Source: a virus (lineage: Duplodnaviria > Caudoviricetes). From it: a stretch of DNA of 57,078 bases. Under the pieces are notes generated by a model. That model was not told the DNA's origin and did not search any database. It saw nothing but the letters and a program-made list of their open reading frames with translations. Position 1 is the first letter of the stretch; the number at the start of each line of letters is the position of its first letter. The position numbers were made by a program, and so were the translations under genes. This document shows positions 16,186 through 26,335 of this stretch, one piece after another. The stretch is from IMG/VR virus record IMGVR_UViG_3300044641_001763, positions 1 through 57,078 of that record; one strand, written 5' to 3'.

Positions 16186-17584
16186 TCTTGCCGAGCCTGA
16201 GGTCCAAGCAGCCCTGAAGGCGCTCCCGCCGGTCAAGCGGCTGGCAATGGCGTGGCGTCTGACGTGGCTGCATAAGGCGCTACCGCACCAGATAGTGCCG
16301 CATGGCGACTGGTGGTCGATCTGGCTGATGCTGGCCGGACGGGGAGCCGGGAAGACCAGGACCGCCGCGGAGCAGGTCGGCTGGTGGGCATGGGAGCACC
16401 CCGACACCCGCTGGCTGGTGGCTGCTCCGACCTCCGCGGACGTGCGGAGCACCTGCTTCGAGGGCGACTCGGGATTGGTCACAGTCATCCCTTCGCCACT
16501 CATAGCGGACTACAACAAGGCCTTGCACGAGTTGCGGCTAGTCAATGGGAGCCTGATCAAGGGGATCCCAGCGAGCGAGCCTGAGCGCTTCCGCGGTCCA
16601 CAGTTCCACGGCGGGTGGTGCGATGAGCTGGCCGCCTGGGAGTACCTGCAGGACGCCTGGGACATGATGCAGTTCGGGATGAGGCTAGGTAAGCGCACCC
16701 GCCTAATATGTACTACCACGCCGAAGCCGAAGGACTTGATCCTCGAGCTGATGGCCAGGGAAGGCGAGGATGTCGCACTGACGACCGCCTCGACCTACGC
16801 CAACCTTGAGAACTTGAGCGAGAACTTCAAGAAGCAGATCCTGGCCTACGAGGGCACGAAGCTCGGCAGGCAGGAGATCTACGCCGAGATCATCGACCCG
16901 GAGGAGGGCGGCATCGTCAAGCGCGACTGGTTCCGCTTGTGGCCTGCTGGCCGGGAGTTCCCGAAGTTCGAGTACATCATCCAGAGTTACGACTGCGCAT
17001 ACAGTGAGAAGACACAGAACGACCCGACCGCCTGCATCACGTTTGGGGTCTTCAAGCCGGTGGACGGGCCGATGTCGGTCATGGTGATCGACTCTTGGCA
17101 GGAGCACCTGCAGTACCCGGACCTTCGCCCGAAGGTGGTCGAGGAGTACCAGACGGTGTTTGGCGAGGGTAGGGAAAAGAAACGGGTGGATCTAATATTA
17201 GTAGAGGACAAAGCCGCGGGGATCAGCCTGATACAGGACTTGCAGCGTGCTCACCTGCCTGTACGGTCGTACAACCCCGGCAGGGCGGACAAGGTCCAGC
17301 GGCTGAACATCGTGGCCAACATCATCGCTCGAGGCCGGGTATGGATCCCTGAGAGCGACCGCAGGACGGGGTTCGTCAAGGACTGGGCGGAAGGGTTCGT
17401 CAGTCAGATATGCGCGTTCCCTGAGTCAACCCATGATGACCTAGTGGATGCCTGCACCCAGGCGCTGCGGTACTTGCGGGACGGCGGCTGGCTCGAGATT
17501 GATCCTCCGCCTGAAGACGACTGGGACGAGGACGATTATGTGGACAGCGGGAAGCAACGGAGAGTGAACCCCTATGCGGTATAA
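16172..17584 (+). CDS. terL: Terminase large subunit
   Basis: Walker A GRGAGKT, Walker B WCDE, TTTP, RNase H-like nuclease HDDLVDA. Confidence 0.96.
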   Translation: MSLADLAEPEVQAALKALPPVKRLAMAWRLTWLHKALPHQIVPHGDWWSIWLMLAGRGAGKTRTAAEQVGWWAWEHPDTRWLVAAPTSADVRSTCFEGDSGLVTVIPSPLIADYNKALHELRLVNGSLIKGIPASEPERFRGPQFHGGWCDELAAWEYLQDAWDMMQFGMRLGKRTRLICTTTPKPKDLILELMAREGEDVALTTASTYANLENLSENFKKQILAYEGTKLGRQEIYAEIIDPEEGGIVKRDWFRLWPAGREFPKFEYIIQSYDCAYSEKTQNDPTACITFGVFKPVDGPMSVMVIDSWQEHLQYPDLRPKVVEEYQTVFGEGREKKRVDLILVEDKAAGISLIQDLQRAHLPVRSYNPGRADKVQRLNIVANIIARGRVWIPESDRRTGFVKDWAEGFVSQICAFPESTHDDLVDACTQALRYLRDGGWLEIDPPPEDDWDEDDYVDSGKQRRVNPYAV

Positions 17585-17750
17585 CAATGACGGGAAGCGG
17601 TTCTGTAGCAACTGTCGGCTGTTCAACGCGACAGAAGGCGGTGACTGGAAAGTGTCGGCAAATGGCAAGCACCGGCGCTGGATGTGCGGCGGTTGTTGGA
17701 GCCGCAGGAAAGGGCCGACAATAGACGCCCAAAAGAGTATGATCCCGTAA
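17574..17750 (+). CDS. 58-aa zinc-finger protein, absent from ORF track
   Basis: Manual translation: RFCSNC...RRWMCGGC. Confidence 0.65.
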   Translation: MRYNNDGKRFCSNCRLFNATEGGDWKVSANGKHRRWMCGGCWSRRKGPTIDAQKSMIP

Positions 17751-17766
17751 AACTTTAGGTGAGATT

Positions 17767-19728
17767 ATGGCCTCGATGGAGATTGAGCCGCCCCCGCCAG
17801 AACTAAAGGCGTGGGATCCGACGCTTCGTCAGCGTGCGTCTTCCGGCCTGCAGTCTGCGTTTATGGGCATGGGCGCGGATCCGTACAAAGCCCGTCAGCG
17901 GGCGGACACGATCATGGGAGGCCCGAGCAGTAATTTGCCAATGGAAGTAGGGGTGATGGACATCATCGCGGGTAAGAGCCTGCCTGTCACCGCGTTGATG
18001 ACGCCTTTCTATGGCGAAGAGACTGGCCGCAGTATTAAGTCAGCGTCTGAGGCGGCAGACCGCGGTGACTACATTGGAGCCGGGGTTGAGGGTGGATTTG
18101 CAGCGCTGAATCTGCTCCCTGCCATATCTGGGATCACTGGCCTTGCAAGGCGGGTGCTCAGAAAGGCGGACGAGTTCAAACCAATGGCGGTGCCTGAGAC
18201 GCCGAAGATTACAGAGAGCGCATATGAAACAGCCCAAGAAGGACCGTTCTACCGAGTCAAGCCGCGAATTGCTCAAGAAGCTGGACCAGCGAATCGCGGA
18301 ATACGAGAAGAAGTATCAACCGAACCTGTCGGAGGACCAACTGGCGGCGATGTTCCGGGACCAGTACCGGTCGATGTCAAGGCGCTAGTTGCGCAGTCGA
18401 GCAACTTTGTTAGGCGGGCTGCTGATGACTATAGCGTGCGGGCGCTGGGCAAGCCGTATGAGTTGCCGCAGATGCCGAAGGCCTCGCTCGCCAAGCAGAG
18501 CGGCATAGGCCGCACCTTCGAGTTGGCCACGACCGAAGATCCAGCGTACAAGCGGGCGGTGTTCGAGGCGTATGGCCAGCGGTTCCCGGACGTGATTGAG
18601 GCGTCTGGTGCCAAGAACTATGACCAGTTGATGGAGGCTGCGTACCGGCAGATGGCCAAGGAGGCCAAGGACCAGTTCAAGTCCCTGCCGGTCAATATGT
18701 CGTTCTATCGAGCCGGAGAGGGCGCGTACCGAGACAGCCCCGAGATGCTGCAGGACGTGTTCAAGAACCGTCACCTGTATGTGTATCAGGGCGGAGAGCC
18801 GCACAACTTCTTGAACGTCATGGACCCTGAGACAGGTCTGACGGCCAACGAGATGTTCCGGGCGGTGCATGACTTCTACGGCCACGCCGTGCACGGCAAC
18901 CCGTTCGGGCCGAAGGGCGAGGAGATCGCCTACGGTGCGCACTCGCAGATGTTCTCGCCGCTTGCCAGGATGGCGATGCTAAGTGAGACGAGGGGGCAGA
19001 ACTCGTTCGTCAACTACACGCCACTGAACGCCGAGCTGATGCAGCGTATCAACAAGCTAAACGGCATCAAGTATGAGGCGCGTCGGGCCAAAGACGGGAA
19101 CTTAGTTGCGGCGATGGACGCAGACCTAAAGGAGGCTTGGGGCGGTTTCCAGTTCGCGCCAAACAAAGCGCTGCTGCTGCCGCCGGAGTTCCTGAACCCG
19201 CAGTTCACGGGCGGAGTGCCGAGTTACATTCAGCCGATTATCAGGCCTGATCCGAGCACGACCGCGTCGGCTAGGCTGACGCACTTCAGCCAGTCGCCTG
19301 AGCTAGATTTCCTCGATCCTAAGAGGTACGGGACTGGAATCAAGGGCGAAGAGATGGGACGGCTGCAGAGCACGACCAATCCGGTGATGGAGCGGGCCTA
19401 CGCGTACATAGGAGAGAACCCGCGGCCAGAACCTGGACTGGGGCCGTACCGGTATGGCGCTGAAAGCCAGGGGCTGTATGACGTGATGGCTGACCCGGTG
19501 AACCTGCGCACACTGGCGGCGGAGGCCAACAGGACGCCCTATACGTCGCCGTATAACAAGGGGCTGACTGATCCTGGCCAAACCATGACGGACATCGAGC
19601 GGATGGCTAGGGAGTACGGTTACGAGGGCTTGATGAACCCTCAGCAGAGAACGGCGATCATGTTCAACCCGACGCCGGTGCAGCGGTACCAGCGGGGCGG
19701 ATTGGCCGCAATCAAACGGAGAGTGTGA
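17767..19728 (+). CDS. Multidomain polyvalent-type protein: HDxxGH metal-binding domain plus possible ADP-ribosyltransferase-like C-terminus
   Basis: FRAVHDFYGH...GEE...H...ETRGQNS; LTHFS...AY-x-Y...YGYEG; ends YQRGGLA. Confidence 0.55.
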   Translation: MASMEIEPPPPELKAWDPTLRQRASSGLQSAFMGMGADPYKARQRADTIMGGPSSNLPMEVGVMDIIAGKSLPVTALMTPFYGEETGRSIKSASEAADRGDYIGAGVEGGFAALNLLPAISGITGLARRVLRKADEFKPMAVPETPKITESAYETAQEGPFYRVKPRIAQEAGPANRGIREEVSTEPVGGPTGGDVPGPVPVDVKALVAQSSNFVRRAADDYSVRALGKPYELPQMPKASLAKQSGIGRTFELATTEDPAYKRAVFEAYGQRFPDVIEASGAKNYDQLMEAAYRQMAKEAKDQFKSLPVNMSFYRAGEGAYRDSPEMLQDVFKNRHLYVYQGGEPHNFLNVMDPETGLTANEMFRAVHDFYGHAVHGNPFGPKGEEIAYGAHSQMFSPLARMAMLSETRGQNSFVNYTPLNAELMQRINKLNGIKYEARRAKDGNLVAAMDADLKEAWGGFQFAPNKALLLPPEFLNPQFTGGVPSYIQPIIRPDPSTTASARLTHFSQSPELDFLDPKRYGTGIKGEEMGRLQSTTNPVMERAYAYIGENPRPEPGLGPYRYGAESQGLYDVMADPVNLRTLAAEANRTPYTSPYNKGLTDPGQTMTDIERMAREYGYEGLMNPQQRTAIMFNPTPVQRYQRGGLAAIKRRV

Positions 19729-21545
19729 TGCAAACCGAAGCAAGGCGTGAGCGCCTCAAAAAGATGCTTGGTGCTATGCCGACAGAACAGGCGATGCCTG
19801 AGCCGCAGATGGCCAGGGGTGGCAAGGTCAAGGACATTGTTAAGAGCGCTATAACCAGCGCGGCAGAGAAGGCGGGTATAAAGGCACCGGTGACGGCCAA
19901 CAAAGACCTGACGACCCTGCAAGACTTCCACACTTCGGTGATGGACCGGGTCCGCCAAGGCGCAGCCGAGACGCAGAACATGATCGAGTCGATGCCCTTC
20001 AAGTACGACAAGGGCCAGCGCGTGTTTACTGATGACAGCTTCAAAAAGAACAAGCCGCCCTACACGATTCTGGAGCGCACGCGCTTTGGCAATCAGGTGA
20101 TATACGACACCGGCGGCGGCATGAAACCCCGCAGAGATCCTGACACAGGTAAAGTCATGCGCACGCCCTACGAACCGGGCTATAAGGTGCGCCAAGGGGA
20201 CGGCGACGACTACATGGAGTTTGTCATTCCTGAGTCCGCAATCCGTGGCGACGTAGAGATGGCCAAGGGTGGTGCTGCAAAACAGAGAGTGGCGGAAACG
20301 CTAAGAGAAGTTGTTGAAGCCATCCGAGAAAAAGTTGGTCGGAACAAACCTAAAAAAGCGAAGGAAGACGATCATCCGTTAGTGTTTCCGCGAGCCGACC
20401 CAAAAAACAAGGAAGAGCTTCGCCCTATTGCGCAACGTATTGCGCAACAAATGACAAATGAGTTTGTCAGGCAAGATCCCAAGACAACAATGAATGTTGC
20501 AGGGAAGTCTAAAAAGCAGTGGCAACGCGAACAAAACATTCCCTTGGAAGTTAGGAATGTAGTGCCGCCAAAAGACGTGCCAAAAATTGATTACGAAAAG
20601 TATAAGGACTACGCGATTGTAGGTGTTCCAGGCGATCCGTCGCTTGGCGGAGTGTCGAGCAAAGGTTCCTTCGCACAAGCAGCGCGTCCCACTGTTGAAC
20701 TCACTCGTGTAGGCGACATCACGCCAGATTATCCTGTTCCTCTGTATGGAGGCCCAAGGTATGGCGATGAGGAAAGGTTTTGGGCATCAAACTATTCAGC
20801 AGCGCAGCCTGTTCAATCCAACGTTAATGAACTTGGAGCGCTGTACGAATCCCCTGTGTTGGGGCAGTACATCAAGATGGCCCCGGACTCTGCAAACTTT
20901 GCCTTGCATAATCTTGATTCATTGTTAGCAATTCAGCGCCCAGAGCAACTTAGCAAAGAGAAACGCGAGATCCTGAACGACTTGATTAGAAAGGGTTCAA
21001 AAAAGTATGGCCAGTTTCCTGGGTTTGCCGGAGTTGAAGACCCGGTAGATGTGCTGTTACAAGCTCAGATCAACTCAAAGTTGAGGAAGCACATTGCTGA
21101 GACGCTGACGAAGCCACAGATTACAGATGCTTTAGGTTTGCCTCTCGGTAAAGATGTTGTTGCAGCTATAACCCATCCGGAGCTGAGGAACCTAGAGACA
21201 GGAATTAGTGGCTTTTCTGTTGGGCAAATGACGCCCGGAGCTAAATTACAAAAGGGGTTGTCTGAACATCCAACGTATGACACAGACATTCCTGGCGCAT
21301 TAATCGGTCAAAGCAAATATCCTGTTCCTTATGAGATTGCGTTTCCGGACACTACGGCCTACGCTCGCAGTCAGCTCAAACCAGGGGTTCAAGAGTTTAA
21401 TATGATGAAATTGCTGGGGCCGAGAGAGCGAATTGATCAGCAGTACATCGACGAAATAAAGATGTTTGAAGAGCTAATGAAGCAATACACCGGAAAGAAG
21501 AAGGGCGGAGCCGTACAATCCGGTCTTTCTGCACTGCAAAGGTAA
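19725..21545 (+). CDS. Large hypothetical protein segmented by MAxGG motifs
   Basis: 606 aa; MARGGKV, MAKGGAA, KKKGGAV. Confidence 0.75.
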   Translation: MMQTEARRERLKKMLGAMPTEQAMPEPQMARGGKVKDIVKSAITSAAEKAGIKAPVTANKDLTTLQDFHTSVMDRVRQGAAETQNMIESMPFKYDKGQRVFTDDSFKKNKPPYTILERTRFGNQVIYDTGGGMKPRRDPDTGKVMRTPYEPGYKVRQGDGDDYMEFVIPESAIRGDVEMAKGGAAKQRVAETLREVVEAIREKVGRNKPKKAKEDDHPLVFPRADPKNKEELRPIAQRIAQQMTNEFVRQDPKTTMNVAGKSKKQWQREQNIPLEVRNVVPPKDVPKIDYEKYKDYAIVGVPGDPSLGGVSSKGSFAQAARPTVELTRVGDITPDYPVPLYGGPRYGDEERFWASNYSAAQPVQSNVNELGALYESPVLGQYIKMAPDSANFALHNLDSLLAIQRPEQLSKEKREILNDLIRKGSKKYGQFPGFAGVEDPVDVLLQAQINSKLRKHIAETLTKPQITDALGLPLGKDVVAAITHPELRNLETGISGFSVGQMTPGAKLQKGLSEHPTYDTDIPGALIGQSKYPVPYEIAFPDTTAYARSQLKPGVQEFNMMKLLGPRERIDQQYIDEIKMFEELMKQYTGKKKGGAVQSGLSALQR

Positions 21546-21551
21546 TAAGTC

Positions 21552-24110
21552 ATGGCCACACAGATGCCAATTGATCCCGAGTTCGGGAGGTTCGTGCAGG
21601 GCATACCGGACGATGCTTCTCCCGAGCAGCCGCCCGAGGAAGAAGTTGAAGTCGAGCTAACCGATGAAGACCTCGAGGAGTTGCCAGACGGGTCTGTAAG
21701 GGTACGGTTGGACACTGTTGGGCCAATGGAGTCCAAGGACTTTTACGAAAACCTCGCAGATACGGACATCCTAAGCTCCACCGAGCTGGCCACGATGGCG
21801 CTGCGGTTCTGCGAACTGGCAGACAAAGACAAAGAGGCCAGGAAGCAGCGCGATAAGCAGTACGAAGAGGGCATCAAGCGTACCGGACTGGGCAACGACG
21901 CTCCTGGAGGCGCGAACTTCCAGGGGGCGTCGAAGGTCGTCCACCCGGTAATGGCTGAAGCCTGCGTGGATTTTGCGGCTCGAGCGATCAAAGAGCTGTT
22001 CCCGCCAGATGGCCCAACCCGAACGAAGATCTTGGGTGACATCGATCAAGAAAAAGTAGCGATTGCCGAGCGCAAACGCGACTTTATGAACTGGCAGTTG
22101 ACCGAACAGATTGAGGAATTCGGTGACGAGCAGGAGCAGATGCTCACCCAGTTGCCGCTGGGCGGCTCTCAGTACCTGAAAATCTGGTACGACGAGAAGA
22201 AACGACGCCCTTGTGCGCAGTTTTTGCCCATTGACAACGTGCTGCTGCCGTTTGCGACCGCCAATTTCTACACGTCGCCGCGGGTAACCGAGGTTGACGA
22301 CATCTCCGAGTACGAATTCAAGACTCGGATCAGGTCCGGGCTGTATCGGGACACCAGTTATATCCGCGCCACGATGGATCCGGAGCCTACTGCAAGCCAG
22401 AAGGCCACGGACAAGATCGAGGGCAAGTCGCCCAACGAGAACGAGGACGGTTTGCGCCGGGTGTATCACATCTACACATGGCTCGAGCTGGAAGACGATC
22501 CTTATACGAAGGGAGAGTCGGCTCCGTACATCCTGATGATCGATGAAATCGACACTGAAGTGGTCGGTTTGTATCGAAACTGGGAAGACGGCGACAAGAC
22601 GATGACCAAACTCGACTGGATTGTCGAGTTCAAGTTTATCCCCTGGCGCGGAGCCTACGCTGTTGGTCTGCCGCACCTGATTGGAGGCCTTTCTGCGGCC
22701 CTTACAGGCGCTCTGCGGGCCTTGTTGGACTCTGCCCACATCAACAACGCTGCAACGCTGCTGAAGCTCAAGGGGGCCAAGGTATCGGGTCAATCGCAAC
22801 AGGTCGAAGTGACGCAGGTGGCCGAGATTGAGGCAGCTCCCGGCGTGGATGACGTGCGGAAGTTGGCCATGCCGATGCCGTTCAACCCGCCAAGTCCGGT
22901 GCTATTCCAGTTGTTGGGGTGGTTGACGAGTGCAGCCAAGGGTGTTGTGACGACTAGCGAGGAAAAGATCGCTGACGTTAACGCAAATGCCCCGGTTGGG
23001 ACGACGCAGGCGCTGATCGAGCAGGGTGCGGCGGTGTTTTCGTCAATTCATGCCCGGTTGCACAAGTCTCAAGCACGGATGTTGCGTATTTTGTCTCGGA
23101 TCAACCGTTGGTATCTGGATGATATGCAGCGTGCCGAGGTGGTTGAAGACCTTGACATCAAGCGAGAGGATTTTGCGCGGGTAACGGACGTAATTCCGGT
23201 GTCTGACCCGCACATTTTCTCGGAAACGCAGCGGATGGCTCAGACCCAGGCGGTCATGGCCATCATGAAAGACAATCCGGACCTGTTTAATCGTCGGGCA
23301 GTGATCCAGCGGTTCTTGAAGCAGATCAAAGTGCCGGGAATCAACGAACTGATGACGGATGTGCCGCCTCCGGCGAAGATGGACGCCGCTAACGAGAACG
23401 TGGCGATGTCAATTGGGCAGGCGGCGTTCGCATATCCGGAGCAGGATCACCTCGGACACATTCAGGCGCACTTGGACTTTGCGAAGAACCCGGTTTTGGG
23501 GTCGAACCCGTTCATTGCGCCAGGGTTCTTGCCGAAAGCCATCGAGCACATTAAGCAGCATCTGGTGTTGTGGTACCTGACTAGGATGAATGGCTACGTT
23601 CAGAAGGCGATGAACGCGAAGCTCGGCGAGTACGAGATGCTGGACGATCCGAAGGACGTGGATCGGCTATTTGCGCTTGCAAGCCAGCACGTTGACCTTG
23701 ATACTCAGCAGACCCTGCAGGGCATTATGCCGGTCATCCAGAAGATGATTCAGCAGCAACAGCAGTTCAAGCCGAAGCCTGACCTTACGCCGGATGGGCA
23801 AGTGTTGTTGCAGACGAGCATGGCAGAAACGCAGCGCAGGCAGCAGCGTGATCAGGCTGAGATGCAGCTCAAGGACAAGCAGGTTGCCGCGGAGATTGAG
23901 CGCGAGATGCAGAAGCTGCAGTTTGAGCAGCAGAAGGCAATGGAAGAGTTGCAGCTTAAACTTGCGATTGCAACGGGTGATATGGAGTTGAAAGAACGCA
24001 TCGAGACGGCGCGATTGACGCGTGATGCGGCGCACATTGTCAACGACAAGGAGCGTATCGTCTTGGATTATCAAACCAAACTTGGAGGTTCCGGTGGCTA
24101 CCAGCAATGA
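21552..24110 (+). CDS. Portal protein
   Basis: 852 aa after terminase; HPVMAEA, ELFPPDGP, PVGTTQALIEQG; coiled C-terminus. Confidence 0.88.
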   Translation: MATQMPIDPEFGRFVQGIPDDASPEQPPEEEVEVELTDEDLEELPDGSVRVRLDTVGPMESKDFYENLADTDILSSTELATMALRFCELADKDKEARKQRDKQYEEGIKRTGLGNDAPGGANFQGASKVVHPVMAEACVDFAARAIKELFPPDGPTRTKILGDIDQEKVAIAERKRDFMNWQLTEQIEEFGDEQEQMLTQLPLGGSQYLKIWYDEKKRRPCAQFLPIDNVLLPFATANFYTSPRVTEVDDISEYEFKTRIRSGLYRDTSYIRATMDPEPTASQKATDKIEGKSPNENEDGLRRVYHIYTWLELEDDPYTKGESAPYILMIDEIDTEVVGLYRNWEDGDKTMTKLDWIVEFKFIPWRGAYAVGLPHLIGGLSAALTGALRALLDSAHINNAATLLKLKGAKVSGQSQQVEVTQVAEIEAAPGVDDVRKLAMPMPFNPPSPVLFQLLGWLTSAAKGVVTTSEEKIADVNANAPVGTTQALIEQGAAVFSSIHARLHKSQARMLRILSRINRWYLDDMQRAEVVEDLDIKREDFARVTDVIPVSDPHIFSETQRMAQTQAVMAIMKDNPDLFNRRAVIQRFLKQIKVPGINELMTDVPPPAKMDAANENVAMSIGQAAFAYPEQDHLGHIQAHLDFAKNPVLGSNPFIAPGFLPKAIEHIKQHLVLWYLTRMNGYVQKAMNAKLGEYEMLDDPKDVDRLFALASQHVDLDTQQTLQGIMPVIQKMIQQQQQFKPKPDLTPDGQVLLQTSMAETQRRQQRDQAEMQLKDKQVAAEIEREMQKLQFEQQKAMEELQLKLAIATGDMELKERIETARLTRDAAHIVNDKERIVLDYQTKLGGSGGYQQ

Positions 24111-24237
24111 TCAGATGCACATTCCGATGCACAAGCGGATCGCAATGGGTGAGAAGCTCGACGGCACGTCGTTGCAACCCAAAGGTCAACAGAAGCAACA
24201 ACAGGGAGGGCTATCGCAGAGCCAGAAGAAAAAATAA
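24094..24237 (+). CDS. Small basic protein
   Basis: GGAGG RBS before GTG; PMHKRIAMG motif. Confidence 0.6.
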   Translation: MATSNDQMHIPMHKRIAMGEKLDGTSLQPKGQQKQQQGGLSQSQKKK

Positions 24238-24423
24238 GTGAGGACGATTGGCGACCTTATAGGTCAAATTAAAGCGTCACAGGCTGAAATAGCCTTGTCC
24301 TTGGCGGCTGGGAATGCGCCTACATGGGACGCTTATCAAAGACTTGTCGGGAGGCATGAAGGGCTGCAAGATGCCTTGGACATTCTCGACAACCTAATGA
24401 AGGATGATGATGAACATGAATGA
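24238..24423 (+). CDS. Small helical head-module protein
   Basis: 61-aa ORF between portal and GroES. Confidence 0.7.
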   Translation: MRTIGDLIGQIKASQAEIALSLAAGNAPTWDAYQRLVGRHEGLQDALDILDNLMKDDDEHE

Positions 24424-24847
24424 ACCGGAAGCGGTGAACACTGCTGAATTGGCTTGGGCATTTCCGAGCGTAGACCCCGGTGCAAAACCTCTTGGTGGCC
24501 GTATTTTGGTGCAGTTGCGGCGTACTAAAAACAAGACGACAAGTGCCGGGATTATTTTGGTTGAAGAAACCAAAGAAACCGAAAAGTGGAACAACATGGT
24601 GGCAAAGGTCATCGAGATTGGTCCGTTGGCGTTCAAGCATCGAGACACGATGCAATCATGGCCGGAAGGCTCGTGGTGTAAAGCCGGGGACTATATCCGC
24701 GTACCCAAGTGGGGCGGAGATCGATGGGAAGTGAAAGTGCCTGGGGAACACGACAAGGAAGACCCTGCGCTGTTCATGATCCTGAACGACCATGAAGTGA
24801 TTGCCAAGGTAACTTGCGATCCGTTGGCCATGAGGGCATTTGTATGA
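24410..24847 (+). CDS. groES: GroES-like co-chaperonin
   Basis: KPLGGRILV, TSAGIIL, VIEIGP, GD-x-I-x-x-x-KWGG, ILNDHEVIA. Confidence 0.85.
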   Translation: MNMNEPEAVNTAELAWAFPSVDPGAKPLGGRILVQLRRTKNKTTSAGIILVEETKETEKWNNMVAKVIEIGPLAFKHRDTMQSWPEGSWCKAGDYIRVPKWGGDRWEVKVPGEHDKEDPALFMILNDHEVIAKVTCDPLAMRAFV

Positions 24848-25767
24848 ATACCGAACCGAAAGTCAAAGAAGAGTCGTTTGACGTTACGGAAGAGAAAGAC
24901 GGTTCCGTTGTCGTTGAACTGCCGGATAACATTGAATCGCCGGATCAACCTGAGCAACAGGCCGGTGATGATGAGGACCGTCCGGACGATACTGACGCAG
25001 TGCGTGCCGCACGAAGGGCGCGGCGTCGGGCAAAAAAAGAATATATTAAGCAAACTAACCAAGAGAAAGACCATCGATTGGTTCTGTTGACGAAGCAGAA
25101 CCAGGAGTTGATGGAACGGCTTTCTGCGGTTGAGCGGAAGACGCATTCTGCGGACTTAGCGCGACTTGACTCTGCTATTTCGGACGAAGAGAGTCGGTTG
25201 GAGTTTTTCAGGCGCAAGATGCAAGACGCGACTGATAATTCTGACGGGACTGCGTTTACAAAAGCGCAAGAGTCTTGGTACGAGTCGCGACGTAAAGTCG
25301 AAGCGATGCAGGGCATTAAGCAACGGGCGGTGCAGGCAACTAATAACGAGTCTGGCCCTGCTAATCCAAAGTTGGTTCGATTGGCGAATCAGTGGATGGA
25401 AAAAAACCCGTGGTATGACCCGAATGGTGGTGACGAAGATTCTCAAATTGCCAAAGTTGTAGACAATAAGTTGGCAGCAGAGGGTTGGGATCCAACGTCT
25501 GATGAATATTGGGACGAGTTTGATCGTCGCTTGCAGCAACGGCTTCCGAGTCGTTATACTGACGATCAGCATGAGCAACCAAGGAGAAGGCCTCGAAGTG
25601 TAGTGACTGGTTCTGGTAGGGAATCGCAGAATTCACGAGGAAACACTTTTGTTCTGGAACCTGAACAGGTTCGAGCGATGAAAGAAGCTGGTTTTTGGGA
25701 TGATCCATCAACTCGCAACCGAATGATCAAGCGGTACGCCGAACAAGCACGAAACAATAGGGGCTAA
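24844..25767 (+). CDS. Putative capsid scaffolding protein
   Basis: Acidic N-terminus, coiled coil, position upstream of capsid. Confidence 0.7.
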   Translation: MNTEPKVKEESFDVTEEKDGSVVVELPDNIESPDQPEQQAGDDEDRPDDTDAVRAARRARRRAKKEYIKQTNQEKDHRLVLLTKQNQELMERLSAVERKTHSADLARLDSAISDEESRLEFFRRKMQDATDNSDGTAFTKAQESWYESRRKVEAMQGIKQRAVQATNNESGPANPKLVRLANQWMEKNPWYDPNGGDEDSQIAKVVDNKLAAEGWDPTSDEYWDEFDRRLQQRLPSRYTDDQHEQPRRRPRSVVTGSGRESQNSRGNTFVLEPEQVRAMKEAGFWDDPSTRNRMIKRYAEQARNNRG

Positions 25768-25769
25768 TC

Positions 25770-26306
25770 ATGGATTCTCGTCTGAAGAAATCTCTCTCTG
25801 CCGGTGGACGCGAAACTCGCGCCAGTGAGGACGCCAACCGGTCTGCACCTGAAGAAAAGTTCGTTTCATCGCAGGAACGTCGCAAGATGTGGAGTGATGA
25901 GTGGACACAGAGTGCGCTGCCAAAGTTGCCCGATCTTCCGGGCTGGCACCTTTGCTGGTTATCAACGACCAACAGCTACGACAGTATTGATAAGCGAATT
26001 CGGCTCGGCTATGTGCCTGTAACTCAGGACGAGATGCGCGGGTTTGAAAATTATCGCGTAAAAGCTGGAGAGCACGCTGGTTATATCGCCTGCAACGAAA
26101 TGCTCCTGTTCAAGATTCCAATTGATATGTACCAGGACATTATGTTGCAGATGCACCACGAGAAGCCGATGGAGGAGGCGGAAAAGATCCGCGTCCAACT
26201 CGAGAGTTTGCAGGGTGCGCGAGACTCGTCAGGTAAACACCTGGGGAGAGTTGAAGGCGAGGGCTTTGGTGATATGGACCGTCACGTTCCGGTTCCAATT
26301 TTTTAG
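25770..26306 (+). CDS. Conserved head-module protein
   Basis: 178 aa; PGWHLCW...GYVPV. Confidence 0.7.
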   Translation: MDSRLKKSLSAGGRETRASEDANRSAPEEKFVSSQERRKMWSDEWTQSALPKLPDLPGWHLCWLSTTNSYDSIDKRIRLGYVPVTQDEMRGFENYRVKAGEHAGYIACNEMLLFKIPIDMYQDIMLQMHHEKPMEEAEKIRVQLESLQGARDSSGKHLGRVEGEGFGDMDRHVPVPIF

Positions 26307-26335
26307 AACCGGGTCAATCAATCAAGGAGTAAATT

